A DNA stretch of 64,000 bases from Hydrogenothermaceae bacterium. GTDB lineage: Bacteria; Aquificota; Aquificia; Aquificales; Hydrogenothermaceae. The translations under genes were made by a program, and so were the position numbers. How positions within the stretch are numbered: position 1 is the stretch's first letter; each line of letters begins with the position of its first letter. The notes under the pieces were generated by a model. That model had not been told where the DNA came from and did no database searches. It was given only the letters and a program-made list of their open reading frames with translations. The stretch is taken from assembly GCA_015490675.1 (NCBI GenBank), contig WFXI01000320.1, positions 25,640 to 89,639 on the forward strand, read 5' to 3'. This document shows positions 36,301 through 45,697 of the stretch, in pieces.

Positions 36301-38457
36301 TTAAGGAGGTGTAGAACTACATATCATATCTTTACTTGCATTGTAAACTCCCATAATTCCAGACAGTGTCTCTGTATCAATATTTTGATCCTCTCCCAAA
36401 CAAAAACAATTAGATAATAAAACTTCTACAGAAGAATTATAAGGACAAACATTATTAACACACTCCCTTAGCTCAACATAATCCAAAGTATCTTTTGCAT
36501 TTATTGGAGATGAATTACTAGAATCCACATTTGGAACTACTTCCCCAGATCCAGCAGAATAATCATCTATCAAAGAAGCCTTAACTTTAACTCTACAAAC
36601 TTTATTACAAGAATTATTTAAAGAATTTAAAGTACCTATCCTTATACTTCCATTTCCAGAAACAAAATCCTTATAAGTATATCTTCCTGAAGAAAAATCA
36701 TAATTGATTTCCGTTTTATTTTCGTTTGTATATATAGACTCCCTTGTCTTAACAGCATCATCAAAGAAATCCTTACCGGGCATATTAGGATCTTGCAATC
36801 CCTTATCACAAACATAAACCCTCTTAATATAAAACCACTTATCTTTACCAGAAATCAAAGTATATTTTTCGTCCCTGTACTGAATTGTAATATTTTCCCC
36901 ATCAGAACAAGCAACATAATTTTCAAGATCAGTTTTAAAAGAATAACATACAGGTGTTAATTTAACAGATATTCCTGTAGAAGAATAAGTTTGTATGCAA
37001 TCTTGTCCATTAACATCACAAACATACTCTTTCTTTAATTTACAAGATGGATCCGTTGGACAATTATTATAAGTTTGAACAGATAAAATATCTTTCAACT
37101 TCAAATAATAATATAAAGTTGTAGAAGGTACTCCATTACAAGCACCTAAATTATAATAGGAAAACCTAGCCTGAACAAAATCATTAGAAGGAGTATAACC
37201 CCTAGAATTACAAGAAGCTGTACCCTTAGTAGTATCTCCACTACAAGTGCCCCTACCCCACTCTGTATTCTTACCTTTTCTACTAACATTTCTAATAACT
37301 GTCCCATTTATAACTATATACTCTCTCTCATCATCAGGTATATACCAGCTTGTTTCCCATTTACCACAAAGGAAAACATTATAGTTTTGACCACATCCAT
37401 TATTATATCCCCTAACTCTACACTTAAAATTATTATTCCCTATCTCTTGAAGACCTGTTGGACAAGGATTGGAAGTCCCTAAATCACATCCTCCATCTGT
37501 AAAATACCTAGTCTCTACAACATAAATATTATTCTTAATAACACATTGATAAATATCTGGTGGAGGTTGAGTTTTCAATGAAGGAGATGTTGAAACATAT
37601 TCATAAACACCAATAGCAGTAGAACTCTCCATCCCATCTATAGGAATATCAGGGCTCAATCCTGTCTTAACAGCTTCAATATCCGCTCGTAAAGATGAAT
37701 CATCTTTGCCTCCACTAGAATAGTAAGACTTGGCCCTTCTTAAAGTATCTGAATTTGCAGAAATACAAGAAGAAGGCTTTGTTCCAGATAATTTGACTGT
37801 AAAATTTTGATAATCTTTATAAGACACAACACCTACAAAATCCTTCTTACCTGATACTAGATTAGAAATTAAACCAGATATATCTGTTAAAATTTTAGAA
37901 ACACCTTCCGGATAATTCAAAGAAATTTTGCCTGCAGAAGAATTTATAAAATAACAAGATGCCAAAGAAGGGAAATAAACAACTGGATTTAAAAAGCTAA
38001 CTTTACCTGCATCATCCACAATAATTCTATAATACTTACAATTAGAAGTTGACCCAGGGCTACAAACAAGGAATCCTGTCGTACAAACTGCAGAAATACC
38101 ATTCAAACTAATAACATATTCATAAATACCATTTAAATCTAGATCTTCTCTTATAGTCAAATTTATATCCCCTAAACTAGTTGAAGGATAATAGCTTATT
38201 TCTAAAAAAGGATACTCTGAAGTACAATTGAAATTTGCAGAACCTGATTCTCCCCCTAAAGTATTCAAAAGTTTACTACCATCATTACCAGGAACAAAAA
38301 GTTTATCATTCATAGTATTTCTATCTTTCATATAGAAATTCTTTATATCATTAGAAATATTTGCCCCAACCTGATTCGAATCCTCAGCAAAACTATAATA
38401 AAAAATAACAAAAAAAATCCAAAAACACAAAGAAAAAATACCCTGCATAATTAACAC
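36301..38457 (-). CDS. Large exported Cys-rich protein, probable N-terminal module of the TraN system
   Basis: Signal peptide, many Cys; first gene of the traN cluster; positional inference. Confidence 0.55.
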   Translation of the reverse strand: MLIMQGIFSLCFWIFFVIFYYSFAEDSNQVGANISNDIKNFYMKDRNTMNDKLFVPGNDGSKLLNTLGGESGSANFNCTSEYPFLEISYYPSTSLGDINLTIREDLDLNGIYEYVISLNGISAVCTTGFLVCSPGSTSNCKYYRIIVDDAGKVSFLNPVVYFPSLASCYFINSSAGKISLNYPEGVSKILTDISGLISNLVSGKKDFVGVVSYKDYQNFTVKLSGTKPSSCISANSDTLRRAKSYYSSGGKDDSSLRADIEAVKTGLSPDIPIDGMESSTAIGVYEYVSTSPSLKTQPPPDIYQCVIKNNIYVVETRYFTDGGCDLGTSNPCPTGLQEIGNNNFKCRVRGYNNGCGQNYNVFLCGKWETSWYIPDDEREYIVINGTVIRNVSRKGKNTEWGRGTCSGDTTKGTASCNSRGYTPSNDFVQARFSYYNLGACNGVPSTTLYYYLKLKDILSVQTYNNCPTDPSCKLKKEYVCDVNGQDCIQTYSSTGISVKLTPVCYSFKTDLENYVACSDGENITIQYRDEKYTLISGKDKWFYIKRVYVCDKGLQDPNMPGKDFFDDAVKTRESIYTNENKTEINYDFSSGRYTYKDFVSGNGSIRIGTLNSLNNSCNKVCRVKVKASLIDDYSAGSGEVVPNVDSSNSSPINAKDTLDYVELRECVNNVCPYNSSVEVLLSNCFCLGEDQNIDTETLSGIMGVYNASKDMICSSTPP

Positions 38458-38552
38458 CTCAAGAAAAAAGCTAAACCATTATATTTTTTATTAAATAAAT
38501 ATATGATATGATATATAATATACCAGAAAAATCAAAATAAAAAGGAAAAAAA

Positions 38553-39158
38553 ATGAAAAATACCAAATTAATAACCATAATAACTACAGGCTTAATTATA
38601 AGTCTAATCTCTAACTCCTGCAGCATCAAAAAAGAAACTAAAGCAGATAAAGAACTATTCACACTAACAAAAGCAGTAAAAATAAATGCTGAAAAGCAAA
38701 ATGAAATAGAGAACGAAATTAAAAATTTAAATGCTTCTCAAATAGAAAATAAAATTTCTATTAATAAACTAAGAAAAGAAATAGAACATTTAAAAGAAGA
38801 AAATACAAAACTCAAAAAAATAATAGAAATTAGCAATCAAGAAAATAAAAAAATATCTCAAGCAATAAAACTAACTATAAAAAGTCAGGAAAATATAATA
38901 AACAAAATCAAAAAACTAGAACAAGAACATAATGAAAAAATTTTAATATCCCAAGGAAAAATATTTGCAATATCAATAACATGGCTAAATATAAGAGAAA
39001 AACCATCAAAAAACTCAAAAAAATTAGGTATATTAACTCCTGGGACTAAAAAAAGAGTTTATGATAAAAAATTAGACGAAAAAGGTAACACTTGGTATAA
39101 AATAGACAAAGGTTATATATCAGGAAAATATTCAATACTAATAAAAGATGATATCTAA
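38553..39158 (+). CDS. Lipoprotein with coiled coil and C-terminal SH3b domain
   Basis: SNSC lipobox-like; WLNIREKPS..SKKLG, WYKI..GYISGKY. Confidence 0.8.
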   Translation: MKNTKLITIITTGLIISLISNSCSIKKETKADKELFTLTKAVKINAEKQNEIENEIKNLNASQIENKISINKLRKEIEHLKEENTKLKKIIEISNQENKKISQAIKLTIKSQENIINKIKKLEQEHNEKILISQGKIFAISITWLNIREKPSKNSKKLGILTPGTKKRVYDKKLDEKGNTWYKIDKGYISGKYSILIKDDI

Positions 39159-40360
39159 AAATACATCTTTACTGTTGCAAAATCTTCTAAATCTTTATCA
39201 TAAGATAACCTTTTCAAAGCCACTAAAACTCTTTTTATTCTTTCTTCGCTATCCTTAGAAATATCTTTATTAATAACACCTATTTCCTTTAAAGTATTTA
39301 AAGCTTTTTCAGCACTTTTACTTTCATTATCATCCATATCTATTTTCTCTACATTTATTTGTTTAATCTGTCTATCTTTAACCGCTTTCAATTCTAATGC
39401 TTTCTCAAAAAGAACTCCTGCTTTACTAATTTCTGGAACTTCCTTAATCTTATATATTTCTTCTTTAAGTTTATTGTATTCTCGTTTAGATATATATCTT
39501 TTTCTCAGCTTATACGTAATATTATAAACATCTACACCTATCTTTTCTTTCATAACTTTATTAAAATTAGGGAAATACTGCTTTTTTATTATTTTTAAGG
39601 CATCCTGAATAAATCTTATTTGTTCACTATCTTCATCTGAAAAATCAGTACTAACTAAAGACCTTTCAGATGACAATATCAATTTTTTCAAAGTAACTAA
39701 CTTACCTATAATAAAATCATATTTCTCTCCAGAAGCCCTAATAATCCTCTCTACAACCTCTAAAATATCTTTAGAAACATTCTCTATTTTTTTGTTCTTC
39801 GCTTTATTTATAAATTCATTTAAAAATCTATTTAAAAACAACATAGATAATCTCTCAAGAACTAAAAAATCTTTTCTGTTTAACTTAGAGAAATAACCCT
39901 TATTCATACCATAAATAATAAATACTGGCATAAATATATACTTAAAATTTCTATATGACTCTGGAATAATCTTAATTCTAATAAATCTATCAACAGATGC
40001 TGGAGAAATTTCTGATAAATCAATTTCTAAATCTAAATGTGCCTTAATTTTATTAAACTCATTAATAAAATAAACAAAACTTAAATCACTATAATCTTCA
40101 TCTCTAGAATATATAGGATATTCAACACCTGCAAAATAAGATAACCAAAGTTCTCCACCATTATTTAAGAAGTTCTTTTGATCTGCAGATAACCACTTAA
40201 ACGGATAATTACCAAATTTAGCCGTCTCTAATAAGCTTACTATAATTAATCTATCATTTAAATAATCTAAAAATTCTTCTATCTTATCCTTATAGCCTTC
40301 TTTATTGCTAAAAAAAGTTTTCAAACTTTCTTTAGCCAAATTCTTTATAGAAGTAGACAA
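39155..40360 (-). CDS. Hypothetical protein
   Basis: 401-aa ORF; AGGAGG and the TATGATATGATAT motif upstream. Confidence 0.6.
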   Translation of the reverse strand: MSTSIKNLAKESLKTFFSNKEGYKDKIEEFLDYLNDRLIIVSLLETAKFGNYPFKWLSADQKNFLNNGGELWLSYFAGVEYPIYSRDEDYSDLSFVYFINEFNKIKAHLDLEIDLSEISPASVDRFIRIKIIPESYRNFKYIFMPVFIIYGMNKGYFSKLNRKDFLVLERLSMLFLNRFLNEFINKAKNKKIENVSKDILEVVERIIRASGEKYDFIIGKLVTLKKLILSSERSLVSTDFSDEDSEQIRFIQDALKIIKKQYFPNFNKVMKEKIGVDVYNITYKLRKRYISKREYNKLKEEIYKIKEVPEISKAGVLFEKALELKAVKDRQIKQINVEKIDMDDNESKSAEKALNTLKEIGVINKDISKDSEERIKRVLVALKRLSYDKDLEDFATVKMYF

Positions 40361-40473
40361 AATATATATATACCTCCTTAGTTATTGAAATAAATACCTA
40401 TATATCATATCATAATAAGAAGTCCAAACATACAACTATATAGTATAAAAAATTTTTAAAAGGTCAACATAAA

Positions 40474-41619
40474 ATGAAAAAACTACCTCCAGGAACCATA
40501 ATAATACTCCTCGAAAAAAAATTTGGATTAAAGGTAAAAAAACATGTAAAAACCTACTCTGTAAAATGCCCTTTCCACGATGATAATAAAGCATCCGCTT
40601 TAGTATTCCCAGAAGTAAATGTTTTTACATGCTTAGTATGTGGACAAAAACTAAAAGAAAAATGGGCTAAAATTTCTGGTAAATCACTTAAACCTTCTAA
40701 TACAAGATATCATTATATACCTGCAAAAGCAGTAGCTATGCTAGAAGGAATAAATAAAAAAGCCCTAACAGAAGAAGAATGGAAACTCTTTCTCAAGGAA
40801 ATACAGTCTGGAAACATCAAGCAGGAAACTTATGAAAACCAAAATTTTAAAGAAACAAAAAAGGATAATGATATAAATCCTGAAGAGATATGGAAACTAT
40901 GCAAAGAACATATATGTACCAACTCTTTAAAATATCTAAAATCAAGAAATATAAACGGAAACATACTATTTAAAAAAAACCTTATCAGATTTTTAAATAA
41001 AGAAGTAGCTGCAAAATACAAAATACTTTATTATTATTACAAAAATGATTACAAGATATTAATACCCCTATACGACTATAATGGTAAAAACATAGTAAAC
41101 ATCCAATTCAGAAAAATAAGTAAAAATAATAAACTACCAAAAGCTAAATTTCTCCCTGGAGGAAAAGTTACAGATTTTGGAATAGAAGATCTAAAACAAA
41201 ATTCTTTAGCCACTTTCCTAGTAGAAGGCAGTACAGATTATTTATCTTTAAAAAGCCTAGGATATAAAAATGTCATAGGACTAACAAATATAAACAGTAC
41301 CTTTTCAACTCCTGAAAAGATAAATCTACTAAAAAAACTTCCTAAATTTATCTTTATGTTTTATGACAATGATGAGCCTGGAATAGAATTTATGAAACAA
41401 ATAAAAAACCAAATAAAAAATTTAGATAATTCCAAAATTTTCATCCCATTGAATTTACTATCAAAGACAAAAAAAATCAAAGATGTAAATGATTTCATAA
41501 TAGCTACAGAAAATCCTAAAAATAAAATAAATCAATCAATAAAAAAATTAATATCCTTAGCAATAAATAATAAAGAAATAAAAGATAGAATAATAAATAA
41601 CTTAGATTCTCTAATTTAG
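40474..41619 (+). CDS. CHC2 zinc-finger/Toprim DNA primase
   Basis: KCPFHDD...FTCLVCG, LVEGSTDYL, YDNDEPG, KDVND. Confidence 0.85.
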   Translation: MKKLPPGTIIILLEKKFGLKVKKHVKTYSVKCPFHDDNKASALVFPEVNVFTCLVCGQKLKEKWAKISGKSLKPSNTRYHYIPAKAVAMLEGINKKALTEEEWKLFLKEIQSGNIKQETYENQNFKETKKDNDINPEEIWKLCKEHICTNSLKYLKSRNINGNILFKKNLIRFLNKEVAAKYKILYYYYKNDYKILIPLYDYNGKNIVNIQFRKISKNNKLPKAKFLPGGKVTDFGIEDLKQNSLATFLVEGSTDYLSLKSLGYKNVIGLTNINSTFSTPEKINLLKKLPKFIFMFYDNDEPGIEFMKQIKNQIKNLDNSKIFIPLNLLSKTKKIKDVNDFIIATENPKNKINQSIKKLISLAINNKEIKDRIINNLDSLI

Positions 41620-41652
41620 TAACATTATAAGTTAGTATATAAGTCTTAAGCC

Positions 41653-44061
41653 CTATTTAAATGATAATACTCTTTCCACAAAATCCTTTGACATACACAA
41701 ATAAAAATCTCCATCATCATTCTCAACAAAGAAATTATCAGACATATCAAAAATATTAAATCCTAATTTTTTATATAAAAACGATATATCCCTACTATGT
41801 AATATGTCCTTATAATTAATCTCTTCATTAGCAAATATATTTGCAAAAAAATAAGAAAAAAGATTCAGCCACCCACGGGAAAGTAATTCTACACCTAAAG
41901 ATTTCATAGGTACCTTATACAATTTTCTCGATGAAGAAAAAGAAACATTATAAAAATCATGCTCCTTAATATTTCTATTTTCCTCAATATAAACAAAAAA
42001 CTCAACTAACTTCTTAAAATCCTCTAAAAAAAGTTTTTTACCCTTATCAGTTAATTCTTTAGTAATTGAAGAATAAGAAGAATAATTCACTCCACTAAAT
42101 CCCAAATTAGAGTAATAAGCCTTCTTAAAATCTTCAGGAATATAAGTAAAATAATTATTCATAAGTATAATACTTTTAAAATTATCAAAACTTTCAGAAA
42201 AAATCTCTACAGAATTATACTTTAAATTAAAAAACTCAATAACTCTGTTTTCAAATAATCTAGCATATTTATCAGAGAAAAAAAGTATCTTAAAGTTAAA
42301 AAACTGCTCATCAGAAAGAGATTCTTTCACATTCAGAGTAGAATGATATTTAAAAACAAGTTTTATAAACTCAAAAACTGTAGATGAAAAAAAATTTGAA
42401 ATATCCGACAAATCCGATATAGTATCTATATTACTTCGAGGACCTCTTCTTTTTATACCATTACTTTTACTATTATCCTGTATCTTTATCTTTTCTACGA
42501 AGGAAGATAAACCCATTTTTTCAAGAAAAATAATAGACTCCTCAAAACTAAATTTAGATGAATAGTCTTTTATAAATAACTCTAAAACAATCTCATCTTT
42601 ATGTTGAGATACCTTAGAAGAATATATCTTTCCTATATCATGAAACAAAGCTCCTGCTATAAGTAATAGCAGTTCCTTAACATTATTAAAATTTTTTTTG
42701 TTAGAATTAGAATAATAGTAACTCAAAATAAAAAATAAAACTAAAGCATTATGAGAAGAAAGAAATGTCCTTGAATAATACATATATCTTTTTTCTATAT
42801 CAACATGAAGACCTTCCTTATACTTAAAATCCGAAGAAAAATATTTGAAATTTTCTTCTAAAAATACTGATTTCTTCAAAAGAAATATAATCAAATCCAA
42901 TAGATAAAAAATTTCTTTCAAGTCCTTTGAAGTTAAATCTGAATTTGAAATTTCCTGTTTTAGAGTATAAACCACAAACAAAATAAGCTTTTTATATACT
43001 GAAACACTAAACTTATAATATCCATCTAAATAACTACTATTTACATCAGAAATAGAAAATTTTTCATTAAAAATTCTTTCAACCAGTTTAAAATACAAAG
43101 AGGTATCTACATCCAAAAAGATACTAATATCTTGAATATCAACATCTTCATACTCTACTTGTAAATCACCTAATTTATTTTTTAAAAGAGTGTCTAAGAA
43201 AACTAATAAAGCAAAATTATAAGCAAACCAATATCTACTATCATCATAAATAAGTGGTAATTTTTTTCCAGAAAAATTTTCATCCTGAGATTCTATTGCC
43301 CTATTTAAATTTTTATCATTATCATTCTTATCAACAATGCTTTCAGATAAAAGTAAAACTTCCTCTTTACTATTATCTGATACATCAAGAACTTCATCTT
43401 CACTACCTTCAACAACAACATTTAGCCCTTCTTCTTCCAAGCTCTCTACAACATCTTTATTTAATCTGGCATCATCTAATCCAGAAATTAAAAAATCATC
43501 ATCTAAACTACTTTCATCATCACAAAATGCTTCATTACTAATATCTTCTTCAAGAACCTCTTGTTGTTGTTCATAAGAAATATCTTTGTTAGAGACAACT
43601 AATTCATTAGTATCTTCAGTATCTTCAGTATCTTCATGATTTTTATCCTTTACAACTTCTTTATTAGGAAGTTCAAAACCTTTTTCTCTCAAAAGCAAAT
43701 ATATTTCTTTAAACCTTTCCTCTTGATGCTTAAGAAACTCTTCTTTTAAATTAGTTTCAACTTTATCTATCTTTTCATTAACTTTCTTAATCTCTGTCTC
43801 AATTTTATTGTTTACTTTATTAGTATGGTCCTCTATAGTCTCCATAATAACATTAGTATGCTTAAGCAAAGCTCTATCAAAAGCCTCTGCAAACCTTTTG
43901 ACAACTTTAGATACTAACTGAGCTTCTCTTAAATCTTTTTCTTTTTTCACAAGTTCTGGATCTTCTTGAAATCTTGCTTTTCCCGTGGTTTCTATTATAG
44001 CCGGTAAGGAAATTTTCACAGGTCCTTTCCTCTTCTTTTTAAAAAGACGAAAAATCCTCAT
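41653..44061 (-). CDS. HD-domain protein, probable MOBH (TraI_2-like) relaxase
   Basis: SHNAL...GALFHDIGK...YH...SD pattern; same gene block as traD; no HUH relaxase elsewhere in the window. Confidence 0.55.
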   Translation of the reverse strand: MRIFRLFKKKRKGPVKISLPAIIETTGKARFQEDPELVKKEKDLREAQLVSKVVKRFAEAFDRALLKHTNVIMETIEDHTNKVNNKIETEIKKVNEKIDKVETNLKEEFLKHQEERFKEIYLLLREKGFELPNKEVVKDKNHEDTEDTEDTNELVVSNKDISYEQQQEVLEEDISNEAFCDDESSLDDDFLISGLDDARLNKDVVESLEEEGLNVVVEGSEDEVLDVSDNSKEEVLLLSESIVDKNDNDKNLNRAIESQDENFSGKKLPLIYDDSRYWFAYNFALLVFLDTLLKNKLGDLQVEYEDVDIQDISIFLDVDTSLYFKLVERIFNEKFSISDVNSSYLDGYYKFSVSVYKKLILFVVYTLKQEISNSDLTSKDLKEIFYLLDLIIFLLKKSVFLEENFKYFSSDFKYKEGLHVDIEKRYMYYSRTFLSSHNALVLFFILSYYYSNSNKKNFNNVKELLLLIAGALFHDIGKIYSSKVSQHKDEIVLELFIKDYSSKFSFEESIIFLEKMGLSSFVEKIKIQDNSKSNGIKRRGPRSNIDTISDLSDISNFFSSTVFEFIKLVFKYHSTLNVKESLSDEQFFNFKILFFSDKYARLFENRVIEFFNLKYNSVEIFSESFDNFKSIILMNNYFTYIPEDFKKAYYSNLGFSGVNYSSYSSITKELTDKGKKLFLEDFKKLVEFFVYIEENRNIKEHDFYNVSFSSSRKLYKVPMKSLGVELLSRGWLNLFSYFFANIFANEEINYKDILHSRDISFLYKKLGFNIFDMSDNFFVENDDGDFYLCMSKDFVERVLSFK

Positions 44062-45683
44062 ACTCTTAAAACCTCTTTTAACCCTTTATAATTCGGTATT
44101 TTATTTTCCTTATGCTTTAAATTGAAAAACAAAAAGGAATATAAATAAGAATCTCTCTTAAGTTTAGTTAATATCTCTATTCTTTCTCCTTTAGACTCAC
44201 CAAAAACCAATCTATACTTAGAAACATGAGGTGAATATTCAGAAGAAAAATTCATCTCAAAATCAGCTCTAAAATTATAAGGAATAACTAAAAAATATTT
44301 TCCAAAAATAATATCTATAGCTTTAGGAACTAAATATATATCTTCATTAAAAACAAAACCTAAAAAATCATAACTAGAAGCATACTCTTTTTCTTCCCCT
44401 CTTCTATCTTTGTATGTATAAATTCTATAAGCAACAGCTTCATTACGAACATTTAAATAATTAACCAATTTTTCAATATAATTTACCGATATTTCCTTAA
44501 ATTCATCAGAAAAAGTAGACTCAAATGCAGAAAAAATACCTAAAAAGGTAAACAAAACAGGATTTGACAACCTTTTCTTCTTAAAAACCTGCACATTATG
44601 CAAACTTAAATAATTATAAAACTCACAACTACTAAATACTTTTCCAAAAGCATAATAAAAACTATCCTCTCTATAATTAGGATTATAACTCTCTAAAACA
44701 TAAACTAAAAAATCTTTAAAAAGTTTTACTGGTTCATAAGACTGATTCAAAAAATACTTTAAATCCTTATTTCTATATAACATCGTATAAAATTTAATTA
44801 TATCCTCTACATGTTTGTCCCATAAATAATCAAAAAGATGCTGAATTCTCATAAAATCATCACTCTTAAAATAAATTTTTTCTACTATTTCCAAAGAAAC
44901 TCCTAACACTAAAAGCCGGTCTTTTATTGAACTAGGTAAATTCCCCTCATAACTATTATTAATAGGTAATTCAGATGGACCTTCTAAAGAAACCAATTTA
45001 GACGAAACAGTTACAGACTCTTCCTCCTCTTTTTGTACTTCCTTAACAACTTCATTAGCTATATCAGATGCTCTATTAGTAGTAATAAAATTCATTCCTC
45101 CTAAAGATTCCTTTATATCTTTTATAAAATCTCTTAATTCATCTCTAGATAACTCATAAAGTTTTCTATTCCCACTTCTAGATTCCATAAACTTCCAAAT
45201 TTCTTCTGCAAGAGAACTCCTAACTGAAGGTGAAATATCATCTCCTAACTCTTGCTGAAGAATATCATCAAGAAAACTTTCACCAAATAAAGATGCTATC
45301 TTTTCTTCTACGGGGAGTTTATCAAAGAATTCCTCAGAAGTCCCTGTAGAACTCAGCAAAGCATGCTCAGCTTTTAAAACCAATTCTTTCTCTGTTAATC
45401 TTGCAGCTTTATCCAAAATCCTCTCAACTTCCTCTTCCGTGTACCTAGATACACTATCAGCCTCTGCCCAAATTTTAGCTAATTTTTCCAGCAAAATATT
45501 CCCATCATCATCCATATATTCTTTTAAGTACTTTGTTAAATCATCTTTCTTTCTAGCTCTTTTAATTTTTAAAAATTTTGAAGGTATCTCAAAATACACC
45601 CCTAACAAAACCATTCCTAAGAACATTAATCCTAAAGAAAAATAAATCTTATTTTCTTCTAAAAAAGAAAATAAAGAATCCAT
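44058..45683 (-). CDS. Membrane-anchored hypothetical protein between traD and the relaxase
   Basis: N-terminal TM; overlaps the start of the HD gene. Confidence 0.6.
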   Translation of the reverse strand: MDSLFSFLEENKIYFSLGLMFLGMVLLGVYFEIPSKFLKIKRARKKDDLTKYLKEYMDDDGNILLEKLAKIWAEADSVSRYTEEEVERILDKAARLTEKELVLKAEHALLSSTGTSEEFFDKLPVEEKIASLFGESFLDDILQQELGDDISPSVRSSLAEEIWKFMESRSGNRKLYELSRDELRDFIKDIKESLGGMNFITTNRASDIANEVVKEVQKEEEESVTVSSKLVSLEGPSELPINNSYEGNLPSSIKDRLLVLGVSLEIVEKIYFKSDDFMRIQHLFDYLWDKHVEDIIKFYTMLYRNKDLKYFLNQSYEPVKLFKDFLVYVLESYNPNYREDSFYYAFGKVFSSCEFYNYLSLHNVQVFKKKRLSNPVLFTFLGIFSAFESTFSDEFKEISVNYIEKLVNYLNVRNEAVAYRIYTYKDRRGEEKEYASSYDFLGFVFNEDIYLVPKAIDIIFGKYFLVIPYNFRADFEMNFSSEYSPHVSKYRLVFGESKGERIEILTKLKRDSYLYSFLFFNLKHKENKIPNYKGLKEVLRV

Positions 45684-45697
45684 AACAAATAACCTCT

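Noticed and set aside
43609-43635. AGTATCTTC x3 tandem repeat
   Set aside because: In-frame 9-bp repeat (EDT x3) in a low-complexity linker; no evidence of function
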